From Myxococcota bacterium (GTDB lineage: Bacteria > Myxococcota_A > SURF-8), in assembly GCA_963674735.2 (NCBI GenBank), contig CAXXQS010000002.1:768001-832000 (forward strand): a DNA stretch of 64,000 nt, in the 5' to 3' direction. Every line of letters starts with the position of its first letter. Positions within the stretch are counted from its first letter, which is position 1. The position numbers and the translations under genes were made by a program. The notes under the pieces are model-generated. The model had not been told where the DNA came from and did no database searches. It saw nothing but the letters and a program-made list of their open reading frames with translations. This document shows positions 18,317-28,875 of the stretch, one piece after another.

Positions 18317-19519
18317 ATGAACGCACACAACACGGTCTTACAGGCAATCGAACGCGGCACAATCGCGGCGCGCGACATGGCGCGCCTGGATGCCTGGCAA
18401 AAAGACGAAGCCTTATCAGCCCTGGCCGCAACCTTACGCCGTCATCGTGCATCCATCCTCGACGCAGCCGCATCCGACAACAGCGGCAAAACCGATGCCC
18501 CTTGGAGTCTGGATGCTGATGCCGTGGATCGTCTGGCCGACACGGCCGAACACCTGCTGCGATTGGCCGACCCCATCGGACAAGTCATCCCGCTTGATAG
18601 CAATGCCGATGACCCCGCTGCGAAAGGCTGGTCTGCGGCACGTTTACGCATGCCCATGGGACTTGTGGCCGTGGTCACCGAGGCCGCTCCCGGCTACGCC
18701 CTCCAATGCCTGATGGCCTGTATCAAATGCGGCAATGCCTGCCTCCTGCGCAGCGGTCCACGCGCCTTGCACACACTCGCGGCGCTGGATGCGGCCATAG
18801 GCGAAGCCCTCAAAGCCGTCAACCTACCCCGCCCGGCCTTCCAACTTTTATCCGACACCGGTCCCGAGGCCTTGACGGCCCTGCTTGCCGAGAGCGACCG
18901 CCTTCCGCTGGCTCTCGCCTGGGGTAATGGGGAGACTTTCGCCGCCACATTAAGAAAGTCCCAGATTCCCATTCTTTGGCCGGGAACGGGGACTCCGATT
19001 TTATACATACATCGCTCGGCCACTCTCGAACAGGTCGAGCACCTGTTGCAGACACCGGTGGCGGCGCATTTGCGCTGGTTGATCGACGCCGAGGTTCTAC
19101 CGAAAGTCGCCCCTTCCATCATCGATATCGCCGAGCGCTCGACATTCACGCTCACCGGCGATTCGGGCTGGCGTGCGACCGTCGGCCAAACCGAGCCCGT
19201 CACTCACCCAACCCAGCCAACCATCTCAATCGAGACGGCGGATGGACTTGACATGGCGCTCGACCTCATCAACCGTGAGGGTCGCGGACAACCGCTGGTG
19301 CTGGCGATCGGAGACTACGACGCCCAGAGTCAGCTGCTACGTGAAGCCGAGAGCGGTCTGATTCACATCAACACCCTGCCCTTGAACGATCTGTACACGT
19401 TATTCGATCCGGCGGCGGAGGATCCGGTGATTGGCTACAACGCACAGCGCCGCTTCGTGTTCGGTCCGGTGCGCCTCAGCGACCTGACCTTGCATAAAAC
19501 GATCCACCGCGCATTTTAA
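18317..19519 (+). CDS. Divergent ProA (gamma-glutamyl phosphate reductase)/aldehyde dehydrogenase-fold protein
   Basis: LADPIG, RMPMGLVAVVTEA, CIKCGNACLLRSG, C-terminal FGPVRLSDLTLHK resemble ProA; the catalytic xCNA motif is not found. Confidence 0.75.
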   Translation: MNAHNTVLQAIERGTIAARDMARLDAWQKDEALSALAATLRRHRASILDAAASDNSGKTDAPWSLDADAVDRLADTAEHLLRLADPIGQVIPLDSNADDPAAKGWSAARLRMPMGLVAVVTEAAPGYALQCLMACIKCGNACLLRSGPRALHTLAALDAAIGEALKAVNLPRPAFQLLSDTGPEALTALLAESDRLPLALAWGNGETFAATLRKSQIPILWPGTGTPILYIHRSATLEQVEHLLQTPVAAHLRWLIDAEVLPKVAPSIIDIAERSTFTLTGDSGWRATVGQTEPVTHPTQPTISIETADGLDMALDLINREGRGQPLVLAIGDYDAQSQLLREAESGLIHINTLPLNDLYTLFDPAAEDPVIGYNAQRRFVFGPVRLSDLTLHKTIHRAF

Positions 19520-19557
19520 GTAGAAAGAGAAAAGTTCGGTCGGATTCCGGGCTTACG

Positions 19558-20976
19558 TCAACGCTTGCCGTCCGGCTCGACCTCGGCCGACTTGGCTTCT
19601 TCCAGGTGATTGGGAAATGCCAGGGGATACTCGCCGGAGAAGCAGGCATGACAGAAGTTCTTGCCGCTTTTTTCCGTCGCCTCGACCATCCCACCCAGTG
19701 ACAGATAGCGTAAGCTGGTGGCCGTCAGTTGCTTGCGGATTTCTTCCACCGTGTGGGTCGCGGCAACCAGCTCTTGCCGGTTCGGAGTATCGATTCCATA
19801 GAAGCAGGGCGAAATGGTGGGAGGGGAACTGACACGCATATGCACTTCGGTGGCCCCGGCTTCCCATACCATTTTCACGATCTTGCGCGCCGTCGTACTG
19901 CGCACGATGGAGTCGTCGATCACCACCACCCGCTTGCCGCGAATGACAGCGCTGACCGGTAACAGTTTCAGTTTGACCCCGAAATGCCGGATCGACTGAG
20001 TCGGTTCGATGAACGTACGCCCCACGTAATGGCTTCGGATCAATCCCATTTCGAAGGGAATGCCCGCTTCCTGGCTGTAGCCGATAGCGGCCGGGACCCC
20101 CGAATCGGGCACCGGAATCACCACATCGGCCTCCACGGGATTCTCACGGGCCAAGGCGCATCCCATACGCTTGCGCACATCATAGACGCTACGATTGAAC
20201 AGCAACGTGTCGGGACGAGCGAAATAAACATATTCGAATATGCACTGGCGGTGCGGTTTAGCCTTCTCGAATGCCTGAATCGAACGCAGTTTGTTGTCGC
20301 CTTCGATCACGATCATCTCGCCCGGCTCGACTTCACGCACGTAAGTGCCGTCGATCAGCGATAAAGCCGTGGTTTCACTTGCGACCACCCAACTGCCTTC
20401 CAATTTACCCAAGACCAACGGGCGGAATCCCATCGGATCACGTACGGCAATCATTTTGCCCGGCTCTAAAAACACAACCGAATACGCACCGCTCACCTGA
20501 CTCAACGCATCGACGATCGCCTCTTCGGTGGTCTCTTTCCTCGAACGGGCAATGAGATGTACGATCGCCTCGGTATCCATCGTAGACTGGAAGATGGACC
20601 CTTCACTTTCGAGTTGGCGTTTCAAGAGGGCGGCGTTGACCAGGTTTCCGTTATGAGCGACAGCGAGTTGCCCGCGCGCGTAGTTCACCTGGAAAGGCTG
20701 CGCATTTTTCACATGCGAGGCACCGGCGGTGGAATAGCGGACATGCCCGATACCCGTACGGCCCGGCAATTTCTGGAGCACCGGCTCGCTGAACTGCTCC
20801 GAAACCAAACCCATCACCCGCTGAATATGCAGGCGGTGGTTGTCGTCGGTACAAATCCCCGCACTCTCCTGACCACGATGCTGTAAGGCGTGTAGGCCCA
20901 GGTAAATGAACCGCGCCGCCTCTTCGTGGTTGAAAATACCGAAGATGCCGCATTCCTCGCGAAACTTATCAAACAT
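19558..20976 (-). CDS. purF: Amidophosphoribosyltransferase
   Basis: EE|CGIFG, LQHRGQESAG, GHVRYST, HNGNL, VIDDSIVRSTT, CFYGID, CHACF. Confidence 0.98.
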   Translation of the reverse strand: MFDKFREECGIFGIFNHEEAARFIYLGLHALQHRGQESAGICTDDNHRLHIQRVMGLVSEQFSEPVLQKLPGRTGIGHVRYSTAGASHVKNAQPFQVNYARGQLAVAHNGNLVNAALLKRQLESEGSIFQSTMDTEAIVHLIARSRKETTEEAIVDALSQVSGAYSVVFLEPGKMIAVRDPMGFRPLVLGKLEGSWVVASETTALSLIDGTYVREVEPGEMIVIEGDNKLRSIQAFEKAKPHRQCIFEYVYFARPDTLLFNRSVYDVRKRMGCALARENPVEADVVIPVPDSGVPAAIGYSQEAGIPFEMGLIRSHYVGRTFIEPTQSIRHFGVKLKLLPVSAVIRGKRVVVIDDSIVRSTTARKIVKMVWEAGATEVHMRVSSPPTISPCFYGIDTPNRQELVAATHTVEEIRKQLTATSLRYLSLGGMVEATEKSGKNFCHACFSGEYPLAFPNHLEEAKSAEVEPDGKR

Positions 20977-21122
20977 CTCAGCTTCCTTGTCGTGGTGGAA
21001 ATAATTCCCTCAGCCGATGCCGCGCAACCGCAACCGGCAAAGCTTCGGTCGGATGGCGACCCGCGTCCGGTTTTCATCGCCACCGCCACACCCAATGAAA
21101 GCCGGACCTGCAAGAAGGGGGG

Positions 21123-21151
21123 ACTATGTCACGAAAGCCCGGCAAGGTCAA
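21123..21151 (-). promoter_or_regulatory. Candidate sigma70 promoter for purF
   Basis: TTGACC-17-CATAGT on the minus strand. Confidence 0.5.
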
Positions 21152-21170
21152 TAGCAATACGGCCGGATTT

Positions 21171-22436
21171 TCAGGCTGGAGCCGCTTCAGTCCAGCGTTG
21201 AACCAGATTCAGCAAGGTACAAACGGCCTGTGCCATCACTCGTGTCGAAACCCATTCGCGCGGACCGTGGATCTGCATGGCCCCGGAGAAAATGTTGGGG
21301 GTGGGCAATCCCTTGGCGGTCAAGCCTGAGCCATCCGTTCCACCACGGATCGGCTTGAGTACGGGCTCAATACCGGCATCATGCACGGCCTGCACCAGAC
21401 GATCGGCCACGTCGGGCCTTTTTGCCAACCAGATCGACATGTTACGATAGGTTTCCGTAATCTCGACATGGGTCTTCAAACGCGGCTCCTCCTCCTCGAT
21501 CGCTTCGACCAGACGCCGTAGCCGGTGGCCACGCATCTTGAGCTCCTTCTCATCGAAGTCGCGAATGATCAGTTTCAAGGTGGCTTCGGACGCATTGCCG
21601 CTTATGTTGGTGGGATGTATAAATCCCTCGCGTCCGTCGGTGGCTTCGGGACTTTCGTCAGCTGGCAACCGGTCGAGCAGACGTCCCAGAGAGCGCAAGG
21701 CGTTGATCAATTTGCCCTTGGCGTAACCGGGATGCACGGCAACCCCGGTAAAGGTGATTTTGGCGGCATCGGCACAGAACGTTTCGGCATTGACTTCACC
21801 CGCAAACCCGCCATCGACCGTATAGGCGGCATCCGCCCCGAAGCGTGCGACATCGAAACGTTCGGCTCCCCGTCCAACCTCCTCATCGGGGGTGAAACCC
21901 ACTCGGATGGTCGGACGCGGCAGATCGGGATTCGCAACAAGAACCGTCAGAGCCGCCAATATTTCCGCCGCTCCGGCTTTGTCATCCGCTCCCAAAAGCG
22001 TCGAACCGTCGGAGGTGATGATCGTATCGCCCACGCAATCGAGAATCTCCGGCGATTGACGCGACGTAATCAGCACTCCGTTGGGCAACTCAATCGATCC
22101 ACCTCGATAGGGATCGTGAAAAATAGGATTGACATTTTTACCGGAAAAGTCGGGAGCCGTATCCACATGGGCCAGAAGTCCCACCGTCGGCGCATCCGGG
22201 ACGTTTCCGGGAAGGGTGGCGAATAAATACCCGTTCTCATCGCGTTCCGCATCGGCTAACCCGATTGCCTTCAGTCGTTCTTCAAGCCATTCCAGCGCCA
22301 CAAGCTGGCCGGGCGTAGAGGGCCAACTGTCGCTGCCTTCGTCGGCCGTGGTTTCCATACGCGCCAAGGCTAAAAAGTCCTCGACCAACGCGGTATCGGT
22401 CAAGATCGGGGCCGCATCGTTGAACGCTCGCTTCAT
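21171..22436 (-). CDS. pepT: Peptidase T (M20B tripeptide aminopeptidase)
   Basis: LAHVDTA, LGADDKAG, FTPDEEVG, IRGGTDG, PTPNIF; RBS GGAGGT. Confidence 0.96.
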   Translation of the reverse strand: MKRAFNDAAPILTDTALVEDFLALARMETTADEGSDSWPSTPGQLVALEWLEERLKAIGLADAERDENGYLFATLPGNVPDAPTVGLLAHVDTAPDFSGKNVNPIFHDPYRGGSIELPNGVLITSRQSPEILDCVGDTIITSDGSTLLGADDKAGAAEILAALTVLVANPDLPRPTIRVGFTPDEEVGRGAERFDVARFGADAAYTVDGGFAGEVNAETFCADAAKITFTGVAVHPGYAKGKLINALRSLGRLLDRLPADESPEATDGREGFIHPTNISGNASEATLKLIIRDFDEKELKMRGHRLRRLVEAIEEEEPRLKTHVEITETYRNMSIWLAKRPDVADRLVQAVHDAGIEPVLKPIRGGTDGSGLTAKGLPTPNIFSGAMQIHGPREWVSTRVMAQAVCTLLNLVQRWTEAAPA

Positions 22437-22470
22437 CCTTACCTCCGGTATCAATCAATGACAGTCCCTG

Positions 22471-22498
22471 AAACAAAAAAACGGGACCGTCGGTCCCG
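22471..22498 (-). terminator. Intrinsic terminator after the ArsR gene
   Basis: CGGGACC-GAC-GGTCCCG followed by a T-run on the minus strand. Confidence 0.7.
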
Positions 22499-22525
22499 CG
22501 ATCATAGCACAGCCCGCTCACGCCG

Positions 22526-22828
22526 TCACCCCCGACGGCGCGATCCGATCCATTTGGCCAGCCGCGCGGCCAGAGCGTGGTTGATGGAATAAACCACCGC
22601 ACTACCGCTCCGCACTCCCTTGACCACGCCGCGGCTCTTGAGCTTGGCCAGATGTTGACTGACAGCCGATTGATTCAACTCAAGCCGCGTCCACAAACTC
22701 TTGACATTCGCGGGCTGTTCAGCCAGTAATACCAGCAGTTTAAGCCGCACGGGGTGTCCCAGTACGCGCAGCAACTCAGCTTCCTGCAAATAATCCCCAT
22801 CAGGGCTGTTTCTCGGTTTATCGACCAT
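22526..22828 (-). CDS. ArsR/SmtB family transcriptional regulator
   Basis: LGHPVRLKLL, QSAVSQHLAKLK, VYSI. Confidence 0.9.
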   Translation of the reverse strand: MVDKPRNSPDGDYLQEAELLRVLGHPVRLKLLVLLAEQPANVKSLWTRLELNQSAVSQHLAKLKSRGVVKGVRSGSAVVYSINHALAARLAKWIGSRRRG

Positions 22829-22964
22829 TCTTCCTCCGGCACCAGACTCCAATCACTGTTATACTCATTATATACATTGGGAACAACGATACAACTGAAA
22901 ACGTCGATCGCGTGGTGCGTATTCGAAAAGCAACAGACCGGAAGAAGAAAGAGGAAAACCCAGT

Positions 22965-25900
22965 TTAAACGTTATACGATCTTTCCGTATCAACCAAATC
23001 ACGCAAAACGGCAGGAAGAAGGGCCATGATATTCTGCACCAGCTTGCGCTCCAACACCGGTTTGGAAAGAAAGCCATCCGCTCCGGCCGTCAATGCGCGC
23101 TGGTGATGCTTGGCGCCACCGCGCGAGGTCAAAACGAGAAGCGGCAAATGCGCGGTTTCGGGATTCTCGCGCACCCGTTCCATCAATTCGTAGCCGTTCA
23201 GATTGGGCATCTCGAGATCCACGATCACCAGATCGGGCTTTAAGGTCTGCACCTTCTGCAACGCCACCAGCCCGTCTTTGGCCGTCGTAACGCGCATCCC
23301 GTGCTTGGCAAGCATATATGCCAATGTTTTTCTAACCGAGAGGGAATCATCGGCCACCAGAACTTCCACCTTACGCGGAGGACCGGGATCCGAGACAACC
23401 ATGGCGGGCAAATCGTCGTCCAATTCAAACAGGAAAGGAACATTCAGAACGGGTCGCACGTCCCCTTGCACCGTCACGGCCGTTCCCAGAAAATGGGAAC
23501 TGGCATCCAGAAGATTCGGAAGCTGCCGAACGATCACATCATCACGCCCGGTCACCGCGTTCACCACCAACGCCATACGACGATCCCCCGCCTTGAGGAT
23601 AATCACCGGCAGTCGTTGAAAGTTGCGTTCGTGGTCGAGCCGAAAAAAGCCCGCCAACCAGTTAACCGGCAAGATTTCGCCGTTCACTGACAAAGATTCC
23701 TCATCGGCGGCATCGAGGTCAACCATCCCGGGTTCCACAATGGTTTCGACATAGTTCATCGGCAAACTGAAATGAAACCGTTCGGCCGTCACGAAAAGGA
23801 TGGGCTGTACCGCGATCGTCATGGGCAATTTGATGGTAACCCGCGTTCCGGCTTCCGGCTCCGATTCCAGGGAAATCGAACCGTACAATTCGGCAATGGC
23901 GTGACGTACCGCATCCATTCCCACCCCGCGCCCCGACACCGTTCCGGCTTTGGGCCGCGTGCTGATCTGTGGGTGGAAAACCAAGTTCAGGAGTTCTTCG
24001 CGACTTTTGTTTTTCAGATCCTCTTCGTTCATCAGGCCGGCCTGCAAAGCCACCTCGGCAATGGCGTTCACATCGATTCCCGCACCGTCGTCGTCGATAC
24101 GCAAGACCACCGAACGTTCCTCGGTACTGGCCGACAAACGCAAAACGCCCGTCGCAGATTTACCGAGTCGCTCTCGTTCTTCCGGCAGTTCGATCCCGTG
24201 ATCGAGGCAATTGCGAATGACGTGCAGAAGCGAATCGGCAATGGTATCGATGACGCTTTTGTCGATTTCGGTCTGCCCGCCATACGTGAAGACACGCAGC
24301 TTTTTCCCCAGCGAGCGAGCAATATTCATACTTTGATAAGTGAGTGTGCGGAAGAACGTATCCATGGGAACCATACGGATCTGGATCATTTCGTCCTGAA
24401 TCTTACTCACGAGCGTATTGAACTCATAGCCCTGTTCGGTAAAATTGACCAGAAGGCTTTCGAGAATCTTGAAAACCGAACTGATTCGGTGGTCGAGATC
24501 TTCCAAATTCCGCGCGAATACGGCGAGGTCGGAATAGTGATCGAATTCCAGGTCACTGAAACCGGAACTATTGGGCTCCATCATGCCCGGCAACGGCATC
24601 GACCACTGGTGCTTCCGTTGAAAATCGCCAACCAATTTGGAAAGATTTTTACGTTCCCACTTGAGCTTTTTCGATAACCCGGAGAAAAGGCCGGTCAGAT
24701 CATCCAGGCGCGTGCGATAGGAGCTAAGCTCGCTCACCAGATTGATCATCTGATCCATGCGCGCCATCGAAACACGAAAGGTACGCGGATCGAGAACGGA
24801 TTCAACGGGCCGTTCGGAGGACGCCGGAACCGTTTGAGAATTCGCGGCCTCGTCGAACATCGATTCCGCCGCCGGATCTCCACCCGTCTGTCCGGCCGGT
24901 AAGATCTGAGCCACCAACCGATAAAGATCGCCAACCAGCCGATCCCCTTCTTCCGATTTCTCCGTCCCGATCTCGATCAATCGGCGTAAAATGCTTTCCG
25001 AACGATACAAAACGTCCAGCAGCACTTCGTCCAATGGCTGTTCCTTCTCGCGCCATAAATCGAACAGGTCTTCAAGGCGATGCGCCGCACGGGCCACCCG
25101 CTCGTTCCCGACCGTCGCCGCAGCACCTTTCAACGTATGTACGACACGATAAACCTGCTGCACCCGCTCGGACGAACGATCCCCGTTTTCAGCCTCCAGG
25201 ATATGCTGGCCAAGGGCCGCAAGATGCTCCTGGCTCTCCTGCATGAAGGCTTCTTCCAAATGGCGACGCATGGCCATATCGTCCAAGATGGGAGGAGCAT
25301 CGTAATCGAGCGATTCATCCTCCGTATCCTGGGGAATAAGCCTCGGCAGAATCAATTCGATATCATGCCGAAAGGCCTCCATAATCTCGACGTGCCGCCG
25401 TTCTCCTCGGGTCAGGTTCCGTAGAATGCCTTCCAAAGCCGCAAGAGCCGACTCGAAAAAACCCGAGACGGCATTGTCGATCGTCAAGCGACCGACTTCG
25501 ATATCTTCGAAAACGGCGACCATCACCGAGAGAACATCGAACAGTTCCTCCTGTTCGACCATCGCCGCGGACCCTTTGATATTCATCAGATAACGGAACA
25601 GGCGATTGCGCTCGATGGCACTTTCCGGTTCGCGACTCAGTTCGGCAACGCTACGGCGCATGCCTTTGAGAATCTCTCCCGCTTCTTCAACAAACAATTC
25701 GCGCAACTCATCGGATACGCTGTCGGGCAATCCCCCGGTTTGCAGGCCTGATTCGCTGACATGCGCGACATTCTTCCAGATGCCCACACAATCATCGCTG
25801 CGACCTTCACGAACCGCTTCGAGCATATCCACCAAAGCCAGACGAATCGTCCGGCTTTCTTCTTCGAGATCGGAAACCGTCGCCCCTCCACGAGCTTCCA

Positions 25901-26120
25901 TCTCTCCCAGTTTTTTGGAGAACGCGGCGGCAGCCTGAGCGATGGGATCCAATTGTACCGTGCTCGCGGCACCCTTGAAATTGTGCAACACATCATGCAG
26001 AGACGCGCGCACACCCAGAGGCTCGTCGGTATGTTGCGACAAGATTTGTGCGATGCGGCGCAGGTAGCCTTCCGCTTCGTCGAGGAAAGTGGCAAGCAAC
26101 TCCTGACGGTCGGGGGTCAT
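22965..26120 (-). CDS. cheA: CheA-like hybrid kinase of ChpA/PilL type (3 Hpt-like, dimerisation, HATPase, CheW, receiver)
   Basis: HNFKGAA, MNIKGSA, HTLKGAA; RNCLDHGIE; DDGAG; SGRGVGMD; C-terminal VADDS...DLEMP...KP. Confidence 0.93.
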   Translation of the reverse strand: MTPDRQELLATFLDEAEGYLRRIAQILSQHTDEPLGVRASLHDVLHNFKGAASTVQLDPIAQAAAAFSKKLGEMEARGGATVSDLEEESRTIRLALVDMLEAVREGRSDDCVGIWKNVAHVSESGLQTGGLPDSVSDELRELFVEEAGEILKGMRRSVAELSREPESAIERNRLFRYLMNIKGSAAMVEQEELFDVLSVMVAVFEDIEVGRLTIDNAVSGFFESALAALEGILRNLTRGERRHVEIMEAFRHDIELILPRLIPQDTEDESLDYDAPPILDDMAMRRHLEEAFMQESQEHLAALGQHILEAENGDRSSERVQQVYRVVHTLKGAAATVGNERVARAAHRLEDLFDLWREKEQPLDEVLLDVLYRSESILRRLIEIGTEKSEEGDRLVGDLYRLVAQILPAGQTGGDPAAESMFDEAANSQTVPASSERPVESVLDPRTFRVSMARMDQMINLVSELSSYRTRLDDLTGLFSGLSKKLKWERKNLSKLVGDFQRKHQWSMPLPGMMEPNSSGFSDLEFDHYSDLAVFARNLEDLDHRISSVFKILESLLVNFTEQGYEFNTLVSKIQDEMIQIRMVPMDTFFRTLTYQSMNIARSLGKKLRVFTYGGQTEIDKSVIDTIADSLLHVIRNCLDHGIELPEERERLGKSATGVLRLSASTEERSVVLRIDDDGAGIDVNAIAEVALQAGLMNEEDLKNKSREELLNLVFHPQISTRPKAGTVSGRGVGMDAVRHAIAELYGSISLESEPEAGTRVTIKLPMTIAVQPILFVTAERFHFSLPMNYVETIVEPGMVDLDAADEESLSVNGEILPVNWLAGFFRLDHERNFQRLPVIILKAGDRRMALVVNAVTGRDDVIVRQLPNLLDASSHFLGTAVTVQGDVRPVLNVPFLFELDDDLPAMVVSDPGPPRKVEVLVADDSLSVRKTLAYMLAKHGMRVTTAKDGLVALQKVQTLKPDLVIVDLEMPNLNGYELMERVRENPETAHLPLLVLTSRGGAKHHQRALTAGADGFLSKPVLERKLVQNIMALLPAVLRDLVDTERSYNV

Positions 26121-26129
26121 CGGAACTCC

Positions 26130-28370
26130 CTAATCCGTCACGGGTTCAAAAGAGTCGTCATCCGATTCGGCATCGGATGATGGCGAAACACCCTCTGCGG
26201 CCGCAAGCTCCACCTGCGGGTCGAAGTCGGACTCGCCGAGCAGATTAGCCAGACCGGTCGTATCCTGATCTTTCAGGGCGGGCAACATCCAGGTCGCCTT
26301 CAACCCTCGATCGAAATCCGGCTGCAGGCGATATGAATGAATAAGGCTGTTGAGAATCAACAGGGGATCGTATAGATTTTTGGTCTCTTTGGTGCTGCGA
26401 TAAATCCCTTCGGTGGTTTCACGCGACACCTGATAAATCGATTTGATCTGTTCGCCGATTTCGTCGGTCTGGTTCACCATTTGACGTGAGACGTTGGAAA
26501 TCTCCATGATTTTTTCGGCGGCCGCACCGATCACCTGATCGATCTGGCGCAGAGTCGACCCCGCCTGGTCGGCCTGTTTCCAGCCTTGCTCCACTTCGCG
26601 AGTCACCTCTTCCATGGCCAAAACGGCATCGTTGGTTTCGATCTGGATATCTTCGATGAACGAGGAAATTTCTTTGGTGGCGTTGGAGGTGCGTTCGGCC
26701 AGTTTGCGAATTTCGTCGGCAACCACCGCAAAGCCCTTGCCCTGTTCACCGGCCTTGCTGGCTTCGATGGTGGCGTTGAGCGAGAGAATGTTGGTCCGCG
26801 CCGAAATGTCGTTGATCAACTCGACGATGGCATTGATCTCCAGAGAACGGTCGCCCAAGGTCTTGATGGTTTTGGCGGTAGACTGCACGTTGGAGCGCAT
26901 ACGCTGCATGCTTTGGATGGTGGCATTGACGGTTCCCGCCCCTTCTTTGGCGGCGATGGTAGCTTTTTGCGCTTCTTCGTTGGCCATATCCGCCGAAAAC
27001 GAGACCCGTTGCATACTGCGCGCGGCCTGCTGCACCATGCTGGTGACATAGTGGATTTCCCGGCCTTGGCGCTTGGCGTCCAACGCGATCTTCCGCGAAG
27101 CATCCATGATGGAATTCGCACCCATGGAAATAAGCATACCCGCTTCGCGCACTTTGGCCACCAGGTTGGACATGTGATCGAGCATCATGTTGAAGGCATC
27201 CATCACCGACCCCAGCACATCCTCCGACACCTGCCCACGTTCAGTCAAGTCGCCATCGGAGGCGCGGCTGACCAATTCCAGCAAGCTGATGATATTTTCC
27301 TGAATGCGCTTTTTGTCTTCTTCACTCTGAATCAGTTCGGTGGTAGTATCCAGCATCCGATTGAGCGCCTGACCCAACTCCAGAAATTCCTCCCGCATGC
27401 CATCCAATCGAACGCGGCGGTCCAAATCTCCGCGCCGAATCGCTTCGGCCGTGTCGGTCAATTCGCGCACCGGATTGATCACACGTAAACGGGTGCTTCG
27501 GAATAGCAGGATAACGATTATTCCCCCGACCAAAGCTCCGGCGATCAGCAACGCCAAACTGGTACTGCGAATTTTACGCGATTTTTGATCGATGGCCATC
27601 AAGGTTTGATTGATCTGATTGAGCGATCCTTCCATCTCACCCACCACCTGGCGGGTCAACCCGCCGATGGAAGCGACGACAGACAGCGAATAAGGCGTGT
27701 CTTTAATGGGGCGCACAATAACGAATTTGGCGGACTCCGACTCGGGGCCGGTTTCGCTATTTGTTGCCATATCACGTGGGCGATAAACGGCCGAGATCGT
27801 TCCGATATTGTCCTGCAAGGACGGATTTGTTCGCAGGTCTTTGAGGATTTTCAAATAGCCCTTCTCGCGCATCAGGCGACTGACCAGGGGTAGATTCTGG
27901 TCGATACTGCCACCGGGCTCCACGTATTTGTCGAGAATTATTTTATCGAAAAACGGATTGAGAATGGATACTTGGCTTTCTTCGCCGATACGAGCCGTCT
28001 GAACCATCTCCAACATGTAACGATCGTTGGGCAATTCGCTTTCAATCAGGTTACGCATCGAAACAATCAGCGCCGATTCGTTGGATAAGGTCTCGGAGCG
28101 ACGCAATGCCGACAGTTTGAACAAGGTCTCGGTGTTGTTCATGGCCTTGCGCAACGATTCGTTGGCCTGAACGTAAGAAGCCGTGGTTTTTTCCTTGATA
28201 TCACTGACATCCAGGTTCACGACCAACGTCAGAACGGTCACGCACAGGTAAGGAAAAGCCACCGCAATCAGAATGACGGCGATCAGCTGTTTTCGTAATC
28301 CGATGCGGGTGTTGGACATCAATCGCTCCCGTAAACTGTCAGATTCTATCCGGTTCGCCTGGTTCGTCAA
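26130..28370 (-). CDS. Methyl-accepting chemotaxis protein (PilJ-like)
   Basis: Two TMs, HAMP, RTNILSLNATIEASKAGEQGKGFAVVADEIRKLAERT; start could be 28319. Confidence 0.94.
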   Translation of the reverse strand: MTNQANRIESDSLRERLMSNTRIGLRKQLIAVILIAVAFPYLCVTVLTLVVNLDVSDIKEKTTASYVQANESLRKAMNNTETLFKLSALRRSETLSNESALIVSMRNLIESELPNDRYMLEMVQTARIGEESQVSILNPFFDKIILDKYVEPGGSIDQNLPLVSRLMREKGYLKILKDLRTNPSLQDNIGTISAVYRPRDMATNSETGPESESAKFVIVRPIKDTPYSLSVVASIGGLTRQVVGEMEGSLNQINQTLMAIDQKSRKIRSTSLALLIAGALVGGIIVILLFRSTRLRVINPVRELTDTAEAIRRGDLDRRVRLDGMREEFLELGQALNRMLDTTTELIQSEEDKKRIQENIISLLELVSRASDGDLTERGQVSEDVLGSVMDAFNMMLDHMSNLVAKVREAGMLISMGANSIMDASRKIALDAKRQGREIHYVTSMVQQAARSMQRVSFSADMANEEAQKATIAAKEGAGTVNATIQSMQRMRSNVQSTAKTIKTLGDRSLEINAIVELINDISARTNILSLNATIEASKAGEQGKGFAVVADEIRKLAERTSNATKEISSFIEDIQIETNDAVLAMEEVTREVEQGWKQADQAGSTLRQIDQVIGAAAEKIMEISNVSRQMVNQTDEIGEQIKSIYQVSRETTEGIYRSTKETKNLYDPLLILNSLIHSYRLQPDFDRGLKATWMLPALKDQDTTGLANLLGESDFDPQVELAAAEGVSPSSDAESDDDSFEPVTD

Positions 28371-28821
28371 CCCTCACACCGGCATGACGCATTTCCCGTC
28401 GGATCTGCCCTTCCGTCAACCTGAGCAGTTGATCCACATCCACCACCGTGACCGTCGGTCCCGGCTGAGATAACGTGAAACGCGAGATCGGCGTAACGCA
28501 AGGTTGCAGGTCGTCCACATCGGCGGTTACGATTTTATGTATTTCGCTGGCCGCAATGCTGAAACGCTGCCCGGCCGCCTCCACCAGGATTGCCTGCAGG
28601 TGGCGAAAATAGGGCATCCCCGTATCAGGCAGATTTAACGCCGCCAAATCCAGGACCACCAGCGCTTCCCCGTGGTAATTCGTCAGCCCCATCAGGATTG
28701 AAGGTGTCAACGGTAAAGTGGTCAGATTGTCCAGATCGAAAACACGTTCCACTAGTTTGGTTGGAAGCGCCCAACGTCCCGCCGCATCCTGAAAGAGTAA
28801 AAATTCCGACTTCGCCAGCAT
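28339..28821 (-). CDS. cheW: CheW-like adaptor
   Basis: LTTLPLTPSILMGLTNYHGEALVVLDL; position within the che operon. Confidence 0.85.
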   Translation of the reverse strand: MLAKSEFLLFQDAAGRWALPTKLVERVFDLDNLTTLPLTPSILMGLTNYHGEALVVLDLAALNLPDTGMPYFRHLQAILVEAAGQRFSIAASEIHKIVTADVDDLQPCVTPISRFTLSQPGPTVTVVDVDQLLRLTEGQIRREMRHAGVRVDEPGEPDRI

Positions 28822-28875
28822 AAGGTTGCCTCGCACGACCGCACAGGTGCCTGGACAGACCGCAAGGTCGCTTGG

